This document shows, in pieces, positions 43,821 through 57,611 of a stretch of DNA of 64,000 nt (its first letter is position 1; each line of letters opens with the position of its first letter). Below the pieces are notes generated by a model. The model ran no database searches. It was not told the origin of the DNA and worked only from the letters and a program-made list of their open reading frames with translations. The DNA is from Eledone cirrhosa (Eukaryota): the NCBI GenBank assembly GCA_964016885.1, contig OZ024740.1:134354001-134418000 (forward strand). The letters run 5' to 3'. The position numbers were made by a program, and so were the translations under genes.

Positions 43821-44966
43821 TATGAATATATGAATATATATGATTATTTATAAATATATATAAAGATATATTTAAACATATTTTTATACATAAATGTAAG
43901 TATGCACACGTACACACAAACTCACATATATGCACATATATATATATATACGTACACACACATATATGTATATACAGATGTATATGTATACACAGATGTA
44001 CGCATGGGTTATATTTTATTTTATTTATATACATATATATATATAAACATATATATACATATATATATGTGTGTGTATGTGCGTGTGTGCGCGTGCGTGT
44101 GTGCGCGCGCGCGCATAACCATGTATGCAAATTACACATACATAGAGACACAGCACAATTGTTCATACATCCAGATATATATACATTCAATATTATGCAT
44201 ATTAATTCACATATGCACATTCACTCAAACATACACACACATAAAGTGACATACACACACTGTTTATTACTACATTCAAGCACATACTTGTCGTAGAGTT
44301 CGTGCACGCATGCTTAATCCTATACACATGATTACTGACATATTTACATAAACGTATACACAAATACGCTTGAAAATTACTAAATATCCTATTTAACATA
44401 CACACACACATTTATAACCACATACCCATGTGTTATCTTACTCATACACATAATCATAGCAACATAATCGCACACAACTTCATACATACCTACCTACATA
44501 CATAAATACATACATAGGTACATGCATACATGCATACATACGTACATACATACATACATACATACATACATACATACATACATACATACATACATACATA
44601 CATACATACATACATACATAGGAAATTACAAGTACAATCCATTAATGTAACAGTAAAAATATGTAAAACATTCAAAAAATGTTGCATCTAATAACTGCAT
44701 ATACACATGTACAGATGCAAAGCATATACACATGCACACATACAACTCAAAACATACACATCCACACATACAATAACATCCATATCTACACATGCATACA
44801 CACATATCTACCTAGTTGATGTTGTGTAAATTCCAATGAGAGAGTCTTGTGTCTATGTTATAAACCGACTCTCTCTTTATTGGGAAAAAAATTTGTGAAA
44901 TTATAAAACCAGAAGAACATACATACATACATACATACATACATACATACATACATACATACATAC

Positions 44967-45918
44967 ATGGTGGCTGCCAACTCGTTTTCGAGTACGGCCA
45001 CTACTTTATATCCATGTAGGAGAACCCCTACCGATGCGCTGAACGAGTGTGACTTTTTAGTCCAGCCAGCGACTTGAAAACTCTGGTACAAACACTACAC
45101 TTGTGACAATTATTGACACATAGTGCTTTACCTTTGGTACCATGTGACGACAAGTGCAGAGAGATCTCCAGATACAAAGCAATGCCTGTGCCATGAAGCT
45201 TTTATAGTGAGCAAAGGCACTGCACACTATACATACATACATACATACATACATACATACATACATACATACATACATACATACATACATACATACATAC
45301 ATACATACATGGTGGCTGCCAACTCGTTTTCGAGTACGGCCACTACTTTATATCCATGTAGGAGAACCCCTACCGATGCGCTGAACGAGTGTGACTTTTT
45401 AGTCCAGCCAGCGACTTGAAAACTCTGGTACAAACACTACACTTGTGACAATTATTGACACATAGTGCTGGGCCCATGGTACCATGTGACGACAAGTGCA
45501 GAGAGATCTCCAGATATAAAGCAATGCCTGTGCCGTGAAGCTTTTATAGTGAGCAAAGGCACTGCACAAAGCCAGTCCCACTCTCTTAACCAAGATGATA
45601 TTTACCAAAAAGAAGAACAAGTCAACATCATTGGATACCATCAGGGATGCAGGTGTTGTATCAGAGTTTTCCTTCTCCTAGAATTCTGCCTTGACAAAGG
45701 CTAAGGGGTCATCTCTCCCGGTGATTTTGGATGGCCATTGACTCTTAAGAGCTCCTTGCTCTTTGACAGGTTTTGTTTTTAGTCCTGCAGGATGTCCAAA
45801 GTCACCCTCCTCACCAAGAAACCTTGGTGGGGTTGCCAGTTTAGTCGCCAACAACCCGACCATGAGACAGGTTGTACTGGGATACATGTTACCAGTAGCA
45901 CCAACTGGTGACCTGACA
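44967..45918 (-). mobile_element. RTE-related non-autonomous retroposon with duplicated 3' part and (ATGT)n tails
   Basis: 5' end homologous to the RTE 5' end at 28430-28615; 'ctaggagaaggaaaactctga' motif; 3' hairpin gtggc..ctcg(aaaa)cgag..gccac; near-identical inverted partner at 51376-52375. Confidence 0.75.
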
Positions 45919-47445
45919 TACATACATACATACATACATACATACATACATACATACATACATACATACATACATACATACATACATACGTGTATGTAGC
46001 TATACAGATAGACAGACGCACACATATGAATCGATATACTTTCTCACAAACACATACACAAATGCTAAATTATTGAGGGAGCTTCTACCTGCTAGAAATA
46101 GTAGCTAAATGTCTTTGAAACACACCCTACCACTTTTGGAAAACGAAGGATACACGAATATAAATACACATTTAAAATACGCATGAGTTCTGTAGGCACA
46201 CTTGCACAGAAACACACACATGTACTAAACCGATCTGACCATACTACAGCCTTTATTCTCATACTCCCCCATACAAGGACGTGTACGCATGCACATACAC
46301 AAATAATAATTACCACCCACATACACGCCTACGTATATGCACATAAGGATGCACATGCATAAACATATACGCAAACGTATATGATCATTGTCATATACAC
46401 ACACACACATTTGTTCACAAGTACACAAATACATACAACACCTACTCACATAATTACAAACTCAAACTAATATACATAGATACAAGTTATACGCAACTAT
46501 ACAAGCATGCAACACACTCATACGATCACTAACTCATATATAAACACATAAACACATAAACACACTCACACATAAACACACTCACACATAAACACACTCA
46601 TACATAAACACACTCACAGTATACATATGCCTCATAAACAAACGTACATAACTATACGACTGAGATTATCACACACTGCAAACATGTGCACACACACACA
46701 CAATAGATACTACAAACACACACACACACACAATAGATACTACAAGCACACACACACACAATAGATACTACAAACATACACTTATCATACTCACGATTAC
46801 AGAAACAGACATACATAAACATACGACATATACATACCATAGTTACACACTATTTTTCAGAGATACACACAATCACACAAACAAATACGCATAATCATAC
46901 CTCACACACACACACACACACACAGACTACAAAACGTACGATTACACACGACTACACACATGTACACATATTTGAGCATTATCACACACTCACACACTGT
47001 CACACAGATTACAACACGCACTATCACACACACATATACACACACATATACACACACATACACTCAAATTACAATACTCTCTATCACACACGTATACACT
47101 CATATGCGTGCATTATCACACACGCACACACACACATACACACACACACAAGTGATGCAAACATGCTCACACCAACAAATACAAACGCACCACATAGTGT
47201 GAAGGGATTTTAAACGAAACTAGCGCCAGGTTTCTACATCCGTGAATCTCACCGTGAAATTAGCTGTCTGTCTTTAAATGATATTAAATTCATTTCACTG
47301 CTTTTATTTTGGGCAATGAGGGTCAAATAAGTAGATTTCTTATTGACCTTGTCAGTAAGGAAGTTGTTGGTACATTTTGAGAACTTTGAAATATCGAAAA
47401 TGGAGCTTTGCCTGTTACTAACTGGCAAGTGGTTCCTTGACCTGA

Positions 47446-47612
47446 ATATTGTTTCTACTTTTGGCACAAGGCCAGCAAATACCCAGTACATTACTGGCAC
47501 TTTATTTTATCGACCCCGTAAGGATGAAAGGCAAAGTTAACCTCGGCGGGATTTGAACTCAGACAGTAAAGGGACGTAACTATGCTAGAAAGCATGGCGT
47601 CCAACCCTCTAC
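47446..47612 (-). mobile_element. tRNA-derived SINE
   Basis: Reverse complement of the family at 39834-40020. Confidence 0.8.
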
Positions 47613-47899
47613 CCTTGACCTGAATATGACAAGTAACAGTCATATTCACCTCAAATTGCAACCCATTATCTGAAAAAATGGAAGGACACACAAGATAATA
47701 TAGTCATAGGTAACCCTTCCCCAAAAAATCTAAGGATGATCATGGCTGGAATGCCCTTGATAGTAGTTTTGCAATGATTTTTGTTGACCTGGGGCTAAAC
47801 AACAGCAGTAACTGGTCTAGTCAACGAGGAAGCGTTTAAGTTGTTGCTTAACATGCTAGAAATACTACTACTACTAACTACTAAATTCGCCACTCATTT

Positions 47900-48360
47900 G
47901 TAGTGACATGATAAAACCTTTCCATCTCACACGATCCAACTTTAACTGCCTCAGTTCTTCCCTGGATAGTTCTGAATCTTAATGATACTCTTTTATATCT
48001 TGAGAGGTCTTCCGCGTTTGAGCTTCACATTAGTGAGCTCCCATAGAAGAAGTTTTGTAGCAGGTTCGTTACCTCTCATGATATGGCCTGCATACTGTAT
48101 ATTGAAGGCACCTGACACAGATGGTATTGCTAATAGACGGGAGGTTGTGATGACATGACCTGCAAGTTGAGGACTCCTGACACGTATGGTGTGGCTAATG
48201 GGAAGGAGGGTGCCGTAGAGAATTTTGTTTGTAACATTGTCAAGAAGTTTGATGTTTGGGGTGGTTTTTATCCTTCTTAGCATTCGTGTGTAGCAACACT
48301 CAAAAGCTTTGGTGATAGGCATTGTTACCGACCATAATTCACAGGAATACAGAAATATCT
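47900..48360 (-). pseudogene. RTE LINE 3' fragment
   Basis: CYTRMLRRI..LYGTLLPISHTIRVR..LAGH..KLLLWE..RGRP, similar to the C-terminus of the LINE at 25042-25632. Confidence 0.75.
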
Positions 48361-48577
48361 ATAAATAGTAAATAAATATCTGAGAAATCATATCCTACTG
48401 TCTTAAAACAAGGAAGACTATTAAATAATGAAAAGTCACGGCTGAAATAGTTGATCATAGACATGACTGATCATAGGTATGTTAGATCTGTGCTGATCTA
48501 GAGCTAAACAACACTAACTAGCACCCTAGATACGATATTTAAACGTCCCTCCCTTGTATCTCTATTATTATATATCT

Positions 48578-48642
<65 letters not shown>

Positions 48643-48733
48643 GCTGCTACTGCTACTTCTAATACTACTACTACTATTACTACTACTAATACTACTACTA
48701 CTGCTGCTACTGCTGCTACTACTACTACTACTA
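48578..48733. repeat. (CTA)n microsatellite
   Basis: Direct reading. Confidence 0.95.
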
Positions 48734-48894
48734 ACTGGATGAGGATGCCATCCATTTCTAACTTCAGCCTATATTTTAACAGTCCTGAAGAAGGAACTAA
48801 AGCCGTAAACTTCACAGGCTAACACGATCGATACAGTCGGAGTTCTTGGACATTTGTAAATTGATAGGTGCATGGAAAATATAGACAGGGTTAA

Positions 48895-49400
48895 AATTAC
48901 GTTATGATGAAAAAGAACTGGAGGAAATTGATAGTGTGAGCCTGGACAGGGACAAAAGAGGTGGACCTAAATGGAGTGCACAGAAGATCAGCTGAACCCG
49001 AGGAGCAAAGATCGTTGAAGTAACGATAGAAGAACCAGGGTGGGAAAATATTACATCTCTGGGATAAATCTTGGAGTGGCTTCATGAGTGACTCTATGCT
49101 AATCAGGGTGTTTATATGTGTAGCAGCAAGACCGTCCCGGATGTTGGGGAAGTACACCATTATGATTCACACATAAGCTTTGTACAGAGTTAGTTACTGT
49201 TGGGAGCTAATGTTTTGTGTACTTTTTGAATCTATAGAGGAAGGCCAGTCTTTTATAATGCAATCTTTGTTATATTTGATCGTCATGAGATATCGACTGT
49301 GATGGTGAGATTTAAAATGGATCATGACTTTGAGGGTTCTAGTGTGTGTGTTGTTGTTCATATTAAGGAGAATGGGACGACAATCTTGTATATTTACTTT
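48895..49400 (-). pseudogene. Decayed CR1/Jockey-group LINE RT C-terminal fragment
   Basis: LYKAYV*IIMVYFPNIRDG..L..R.N..FFYRYFNDLCS resembles LYK..VRP.MEY..IW.G...FYRYF.G.CS. Confidence 0.6.
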
Positions 49401-49819
49401 GACATGTTACCTCCATTACTATTTCAACAAATACGATAAAATCTTTGCCTCGCTGTTGAAATCAAAATATAACTGAAACATATTTGGAGTTATCTCCCAT
49501 ACTTGCCGGAAAATGAAAATGATATTTACTGATGATATTGTTTTATGCATTAAATATGTAAGGGATAGATACTTTAAAATTAAGCTACTGTTTTTCGTAG
49601 GGACCGTGTCTTATTTTGCCCTTTATTAGTTACGATTACAGCAGATGGGCAGTCCCATGGCTCTTTTTAGGGTCCCCGAAAAACGAATGGTGCAATGCAT
49701 TTTGTCCGATGTACTAACGATTTTGCCATACACTACTTGATTTATTTAATTTCTAAGGATTAGATTTATTTGCTTCTATTGCTTTCTCGACACGTCCTTT
49801 TTCTTTTGGGTGGGGGTGG

Positions 49820-50170
49820 GGGCTTTAAGTATGGCTTGTTGAAATGCTTCTGGTTGTACGGGGCTAGATGCAATACTTCTAGTTGAACTTAGCTAGTTAT
49901 AAGGCTTCTGACAGTATATGGTTATTTTTAATGCTTATGGTTGTACATAGCTTGCTGTAATACTTCTAGCTGGTGTATGTGTGTAGTTGTAAAGATTCTG
50001 GTTAGACGCGGCTATTTGTAATGTTTCTGGTTATACGTAGCTTCGGGTTGAATATAGCTTGTTGTAATACTTCTAGTTGTTGTATGTGTATTGTAATACA
50101 TTTAGTTATACGTGGCTACATGTGATAGTTCTGGTTGGACTTGACTAGTTTTTATACTTCTTGATTTTCG
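49820..50170. repeat. Degenerate ~28-30 bp minisatellite
   Basis: Recurrent 'g.ggct.gttgtaatacttct.gttg.a' units. Confidence 0.6.
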
Positions 50171-51304
50171 TCACAAAAGAATATCTAGTTTTATTGACGG
50201 GGCCATTGTTATTTCCTACCACATCTGTGATGCCTTTTTTCTGATTATGCCACTATTTTTAATCACAACTGTTAAAAATGTTGCCTTCATTGTTGCTTCA
50301 GTCGATGTCATCGTCATCGTTGCCATTTTTATTGCTGATGTTGTTGTTGTAATAAATTAGGCCGTTACTATTGTCATTATTCTGACGTTTTCCTTCCCAG
50401 TTTTCCAAAATCTGATTCTAGCTACTACCGTTACATCCGGAGCTTCATACTGTTACTTCCGTAACCATTCTCAACTTATTTTTACTGACATTATTGGCCA
50501 ACATCTGAAAATTGATGCAAGTAGAAAGTTACCCATTAAAGGAACACACTTCTTTTTCTTCTTCTTTCTTTTTATTTTTCTTCTTTTTCTTCTTCTTCAT
50601 TCATATTTTAACAGTAAAATGTAAAATAAACTCCAGCTTATGTCAGATGCCAACCAAATACTGTTTGCTATATATTTCTCAGAACGCTACTCGATGCCAT
50701 GTTTACGTGGTAAATTCTAATGTAATAAAAAATTATAATAAATTCAATTATGATTTTTTAAATCATAAATTCTCATTAGGAGAAGCAGGAGAAACACGTG
50801 AGCTATGGTAGTGTTGGTACACAGCTTGTTAATTTTGTGGGAAAGTATTGAGGTAGTTACCATAGAAGAGACGAAGAAAGCAACAGCGTATGTGTAAATC
50901 AGTAAAATGTTAGTGAGTTCATCCTTTCTAACCAATTAAATAGTCTTTTTCAGAATATTTACTGATTTAGAAACCTTACTGAACGGAGTAACTTTTTTAA
51001 CGGTTTCGCCAGGCCGAGGTGGGCTATACATTTGACCCTTTTCGGAGTCTCTAAAACTAGCAAGAAGGGATGAATGTATCCTTAAACCGAAGATCTGCCC
51101 CGATATATATATAAAAACAATCTACTTTTATAATCGTTGAGCGATAGGAAGTTTGTGAATTTGAAAGAAGCATCAACGTTGTTTCACTACGAAAATTGTC
51201 TAAGTTGAGTATTTAAGGCCTGAAGAGGTAAAAAACTTATACAGCACAGTGTGTGTGCATATGTGTATGTATATATATATATATGCATGTATATATATAT
51301 ATGC

Positions 51305-51375
<71 letters not shown>

Positions 51376-51379
<4 letters not shown>

Positions 51380-52375
51380 AGGTCACCACTTGGTGCTACT
51401 GGTAACATGTATCCCAGTACAACCTGTCTCATGGTCGGGTCGTTGGCGACTAAACTGGCAGCCCCACCAAGGTTTCTTGGTGAGGAGGGTGACTTTGGAC
51501 ATCCTGCAGGACTAAAAACAAAACCTGTCAAAGGGCAAAGGAGCTCTTAAGAGTCAATGGCCATCCAAAATCACTGGGAGAGATGACCCCTTAGCCTTTG
51601 TCAAGGCAGAATTCTAGGAGAAGGAAAACTCTGATATAACACCTGCAACCCTGATGGTATCCAATGATGTTGACTTGTTCTTCTTTTTGGTAAATATCAT
51701 CTTGGTTAAGAGAGTGGGACTGGCTTTGTGCTGTGCCTTTGCTCACTATAAAAGCTTCACGGCACAGGCATTGCTTTATATCTGGAGATCTCTCTGCACT
51801 TGTCACATGGTACCAAAGGCAAAGCACTATGTGTCAATAATTGTCACAAGTGTAGTGTTTGTACCAGAGTTTTCAAGTCGCTGGCTGGACTAAAAAGTCA
51901 CACTCGTTCAGCGCATCGGTAGGGGTTCTCCTACATGGATATAAAGTAGTGGCCGTACTCGAAAACGAGTTGGCAGCCACCATATATATATATGTATGTA
52001 TATGTATGTATATATATATATATATATAACACCTGCAACTCTGATGGTATCCAATGATGTTGAATTGTTCTTCTTTTTGGTAAATATCATCTTAGTTAAG
52101 AGAGTGGGACTGGCTTTGTGCAGTGCCTTTGCTCACTATAAAAGCTTCACGACACAGGTATTGCTTTATATCTGGAGATCTCTCTGCACTTGTCGTCACA
52201 TGGTACCATGGGCCCAGCAATATGTGTCAATAATTGTCACAAGTGTAGTGTTTGTACCAGAGTTTTCAAGTCGCTGGCTGGACTAAAAAGTCACACTCGT
52301 TCAGCGCATCGGTAGGGGTTCTCCTACATGGATATAAAGTAGTGGCCGTACTCGAAAACGAGTTGGCAGCCACCA
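51376..52375 (+). mobile_element. RTE-related non-autonomous retroposon (inverted partner of 44967-45918)
   Basis: Near-identical reverse complement; 3' ~350 bp duplicated with microsatellite spacer. Confidence 0.75.
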
Positions 52376-52546
52376 TATATGCATGTATATATAGATATAG
52401 ATATATACAGTATATGTATACATGCATACATACACATCTATATATATATATAAGTGTATATATATATATATGCATACTTGCATACTTACCTTCATATTTA
52501 TGTATATATATATATTTGAAAAAAGGAAAATAATTACTTCACTTGA

Positions 52547-53668
52547 CTAAACAATTTAATTTTATAATAATTTGATTTTGTAGATCTAGTAAGTTCTTTG
52601 TTAACTTCGGTGGGGAGATTTTTTAAAAATTCCTCATTGACTTTCCTGGTTAACTTTCTCGCATTCGTCGGTGGTGATTGTCAAACTGATCTCAGGTTGT
52701 GTTGTGATGTGTGACTCTATATATAAGAGATTTAGATGTGTATGGGGGTGGGTGGGGTTGTAATGAGTGTGGGAGTGAAGGAGTGTTGATGAAGATTTAA
52801 AGGAATTAAAGCATATATATGCACACAAGAGCTGAAAGAAAATAGTGAATGGTAAAAGCAAGATAATTGATTGAGAATAGAGTTGGGAAGTGTTGGGGTG
52901 TTTAAGAAGTGTTTTAGAAAGGTCTTGTGAAAGTGCCCTCTTGCTAGTTCCATTTCAATAAACGACCATTGGTGAATAAAATAGCCAGATGCTTTTCAAA
53001 TTCCTTTCTTATAGCTGAATCAACTATCTTAAATTTATAAAGAAAACTTCAACAATTTTTTTATATTAAAGATGAATGTGGGGGTGTGGGTGAGGTGGGG
53101 GTGGGTGGGGGTGTGGGGTTAATGTGCTGTAAGATACACGTCTTTTGATGAAAAGGGGATGACAGCGAAGAGAAAAATATACGTCAATATCAAGCGGTGT
53201 ACCACAGGGAACCGTCTTGGGGCCATTAACGTTTGTGGTGGCTCTTTCAGACATGTCCTCTCTAATACAGACAGCCTCCCTCACAAGCTATGCTGAGGAC
53301 ACGAAATTAGCACAGGCACTCAGATCGATAAACCGGCTGATGCGACTCTGTTACCATTCACTGTTTTCTTTCAGCTCTTGTATGTATATATATGCTTTAA
53401 TTCCTTTAAAACTTCATCAACACTCCTTCACTCCCACTCCCATTAACAATCCCTACTCTAGACTCATCCAAATCTCTTATATATAGAGTCACACATCACA
53501 ACATAACCTGAGATCAGTTTGACAATCACCACCGACGAATGCGAGAAAGTTCTCCAGGAAAGTTAATCAGGAATCTTTAAAAATCTTTCCACCGAAGTTA
53601 ACAAAGAACTTACTAGATCTACAAAATCAAATTGTAAAATTATAGTATTATAAAATTAAATTGTTTAG
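52547..53668. repeat. ~310 bp inverted repeat arms (52547-52856 / 53351-53668) enclosing a LINE RT fragment
   Basis: Arms are reverse complements with some divergence; spacer encodes SGVPQGTVLGPLTF..LTSYAEDTKL (~53190-53310, +). Confidence 0.8.
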
Positions 53669-55364
53669 AACTACAAGTGACGGCTTATGTCATCAGATAA
53701 AAACGCAAGACAATAGCCGACATCATCAGATGTAATAAACATTGATACGGGCCGCCTCCGTATCAATTCTTTGTTTAGTATGGATTTCTGAACTAAATCT
53801 TTTAAATTGTTTATGTTCATTACATCTGACGTCACCGACTGTCTTCATGATCTAATCTTAGCCCACCATAGAAATGCGTATTATGTATTTGTGAAGGAAC
53901 ATATTAGAATCCAGCCTTCTATTTGCATATGTGTGCGTGTGTGTGCGTGTGTGTGCGTGTGTGTGCGTGTATGTGTGTGTGTGTGTGTGTGTGTACGGGG
54001 TCTGGGTCATATATAGCTTTTGATTAAAAAATATAATTTCTTGGGTAAATATCTATCTTGGGTAATTTTCTTTTTTATGGAATAACTCTCCCGTGAAACA
54101 CCCGCCATGTGCTTTAATATATGTAGCTTTTCAGAACCTTTGATTTCCTATACGTCTACATGTTGCTTGTAACTTCTAAATGAAGGTTTTGCTTTAAATG
54201 TTCTGAAGCAGTCACATTAGCTAACTGTGTCTCTTTTTGATCTAGTGAGTTTCCAAATATCTAACATCTTCCTTATTCTGAAAACAGTTTCCATCTTGCA
54301 TCCAGTATCTGTCTTCAAGGAATCATATAACTATTGTCTAATTAAAGCAATTCCTCGCTCCAAATATACTTGCTGCAAAATAATCCGTACATCCACGAAT
54401 ACTCTGGTACATCAAGTCACCTAACTGTTGTCACATTGAAAAGCTAATATTTTGCGTTATCAAAGATGGTTTTCAGTTGTCAGGGATATTTTAATTCAAT
54501 GGTACAGAGCGTTCAGCCAGAATTTGAGAGATACATAGTTCAAGTGTCTGTAGCGACTGCTTACTACTTTTTTTCTCCGTCTATTAAGATATTTTACCTG
54601 ATTTTCTAAATCTGTGTTCACGGCTATTTTCTTGCGTTCGAGATTGTTCACATTTATATGTGCATAATTATTTGCGCCGGATAATACAGAACTGAACTAG
54701 TTAGTTTGTGAATAATAGTTTGGTCCTGAAATAACACTCCAGTGTCAATGAAAAATACACTAATATTCTTAAGTGAAATAAATAATGTATTTGTTTGCCT
54801 TCATAAATCTTTATACAAGAAAAAGAAAATATTTCAGGTTTACAGCATAACAATAAAGCAATTTACTATGGCACTTTATATTTTATCTGAACATGTAATG
54901 AAAGTGTGAATGGCCGAGTGACTAAATTACCAGACAACCAGCTGGGTTTTCAATATTTCAAATCTTAGCGATGCTGTATTGTGACTTAATATTCAAAATC
55001 CTAGTCCCCCTACCTGTAAACAACACAGCAGTGTAAGCATTTTAATATTGATATTTTATTCACTAGCATACACAGTTGTGTTCAACTTCTTTGAAGACGA
55101 AATCTTAAATGATGTTCCAACTAAAACTCACTAAATCATTCATCTAAGTTCGTTTAACCACGTTTAGCCACCTCTGACGAATCTTTGTTTAGTTGTTACT
55201 ACTACCCAGTAGATTTAATTTCTCTCAGAACCAAGCGATGGAGCCGCCATGAAGTTGCTCAGCCTGCTAGAATTAGCAGCCATGTCTCCCGAAAATCGTC
55301 TAGGTGTAGAAAAGAATACATTGGATATTGTAGAACTACATAAATGTTCAGAGTTAACCAATAA

Positions 55365-55730
55365 TAATTGTTTCTATTAAAGGCACAAGGCCAACAATTT
55401 GAAGGGAAGGAGAAAGTCGATTAAATCTTCCCCGGTGCTTTACTGGTGCTTTATTTCATCGGTCCCGTAGGGATGAAAAGCAAAGCTAACCTCGATAGGA
55501 TTTGAATTAATAACAATAATAATGATTATTTCTACTATAGGCACAAGGCCAGCAATTTTGGGGTATGGGAAAAATCGATTAAATCGACCCCAGTGCATTA
55601 CTGGCGCTTTATTTTATCGACCTTGTAAGGATGAAAGGCAAAGCTAACCTTGGTGGGATTTGAACTTAGAACCTAAAGGGCCATAACTAGGCTGCAAAGC
55701 ATGGGGGCTGACGCTTCACCTATACTGCAA
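55365..55730 (-). mobile_element. Two tandem SINE copies
   Basis: 'aggcacaaggcca.caattt..ggatgaaa.gcaaagctaacct..ggatttgaa' twice. Confidence 0.75.
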
Positions 55731-56120
55731 ATCCAAATAATAATAAGTGCTTTCCTTGTGTATTTACTACTGTGCCTCACATCATACATGAAGTCACAAA
55801 CTAACTTTCGTCCTCTTTTATCGTCATCATTGTTTGTCACTCACATATTCTAACAAAACGTTAAGTATTACAGCACCTGTTTGAATATGGTGATCTCATA
55901 GTGTTTAAATAAAGACATACTGGTTTAGGGTTGTTGTCTAGTCTTAAATCAACCTTGACTGTGCAGACCTATGATCAACGGCATACCATTAGTAACCATC
56001 ACATATTTATATGGGTATCTAGAGCTACACTAGCCAATGTATCTTTCCAGTTTTTATTACCAACTGAGCCTCAGTCATTACCACCAGGCACATTGGAGTG
56101 ATTTCTGGTGGTCTTCTCAA

Positions 56121-56370
56121 GGTGCATGGCCTTGTAGTAAAGGCGTTGAACTTACGATCATAGTGTCGTGGATTTCGATTCCTGGACTAGATTGTTATGT
56201 GCTCTTGAGCAAAACACTTCATTTCACGTTACTCCAATATACTCAGCTGAAAATGAGTACCAGCAATAGCAGGAGAATTAACCCTTCGATTGGCTGGTGT
56301 CCTGTCCAGTGGGTGCCATGTACTTTCAGTCGCTTCCCGCCACAGAAACGAGGATAAGCACCAACCTGAG
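56121..56370 (+). mobile_element. tRNA-derived SINE
   Basis: 'ggtgcatggccttgtagtaaaggcg' A-box-like, 'tttcgattcc' B-box, body shared with 2340-2470. Confidence 0.7.
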
Positions 56371-56692
56371 ACTTTTTCTCCAGACTGGTATGAAATGAGG
56401 GAGCGTGGAATTAATTGTGTATTTATGACGCAAAAAAAGAATTGAAACTAACTAGTGATAGAAAATTGTTGCTTGTCGTATCTTAAAGTATGTGAAATGG
56501 CATTCTAATCTGCACTCTTCACCTAAATACTATTTGGAGTAAATTGAATTGTAAAGGTATTAGTGCAAAAGCATGGAATAAATAACTAAATGAATAAATA
56601 AATACTAGGAAGAAAAGAAGAATTCTGAGCGTACTTAAATTTACTGACCGTTTGACCTGAAGCAAAACACAAGTACCAACAATATTTTCGAA

Positions 56693-56898
56693 ATGCTGTA
56701 TCTTGGACAAAAGATTAATGAAATTATGACACACGATGAAGCTTTAAACAAAACAGTTACAAATATCTAACCTATACTGGAAGAAATAACATTTTTGCTA
56801 AAATTAGCCATGATGTTATTGGTGGTTATAAATAGTCAGAAAATACTTCTAGAGTCAGCTACCTCTTAACATACAATTTAAATGGTAACGACATCAGA

Positions 56899-56979
<81 letters not shown>

Positions 56980-57207
56980 TATATATATATATTTGGTGCT
57001 ACTGATGTCCGTTACCATTTAAATTGTATGTTAAGAGGTAGCTGACTCTAGAAGTATTTTCTTACCATTTATAACCACCAATAACATCATGGCTAATCTT
57101 AGCAAAAATGTTATTTCTTCCAGTATAGGTTAGATATTTGTAACTGTTTTGTTTAAAGCTTCATCATGTGTCATAATTTCATTAATCTTTTGCCCAAGAT
57201 ACAGCAT
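56693..57207. repeat. ~205 bp inverted repeat around a (TG)n/(TA)n loop
   Basis: 56693-56897 is the near reverse complement of 57002-57207. Confidence 0.9.
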
Positions 57208-57211
57208 GCAC

Positions 57212-57243
<32 letters not shown>

Positions 57244-57340
57244 ATCTATGTGTGTATGTGTGTATGTATATATACATACTTTGGGTCAACAAGTATGAAA
57301 TTTGTAGAAATTTATTGAAAAAAGAATTTCATAGTTGACG

Positions 57341-57419
<79 letters not shown>

Positions 57420-57611
57420 AAAAGAATTAAATGAAATGAAATTTCTCACTCTTAGTACGGCTGATACTTAAATGTAAGTATGTATACAGACGTACAGTAA
57501 TATGTATATATATACATACATGCACACATATATATATGTACGTATGGGTTTACCGAACATTTATTATAATGTTCGGTTTGTTTGTAAACAAACAGCCCGA
57601 ATTAAGCCGTA
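57420..57611 (-). mobile_element. Partial diverged copy of HHR repeat family C
   Basis: Reverse complement of ~60125-60400 ('ccgaacatttattataatg..gtttgtaaacaaaca.cccgaattaagccgta'). Confidence 0.8.

Noticed and set aside
48504-48815. Poly-Val / poly-Leu membrane-like ORFs
   Set aside because: Translation of the (CTA)n repeat
53688-53835. Two minus-strand CTGATGA motifs and local hairpins
   Set aside because: No properly placed GAAA or stem III; cannot support an HHR or snoRNA call
54490-54570. tRNA-like sequence
   Set aside because: No clean cloverleaf; likely a decayed SINE head
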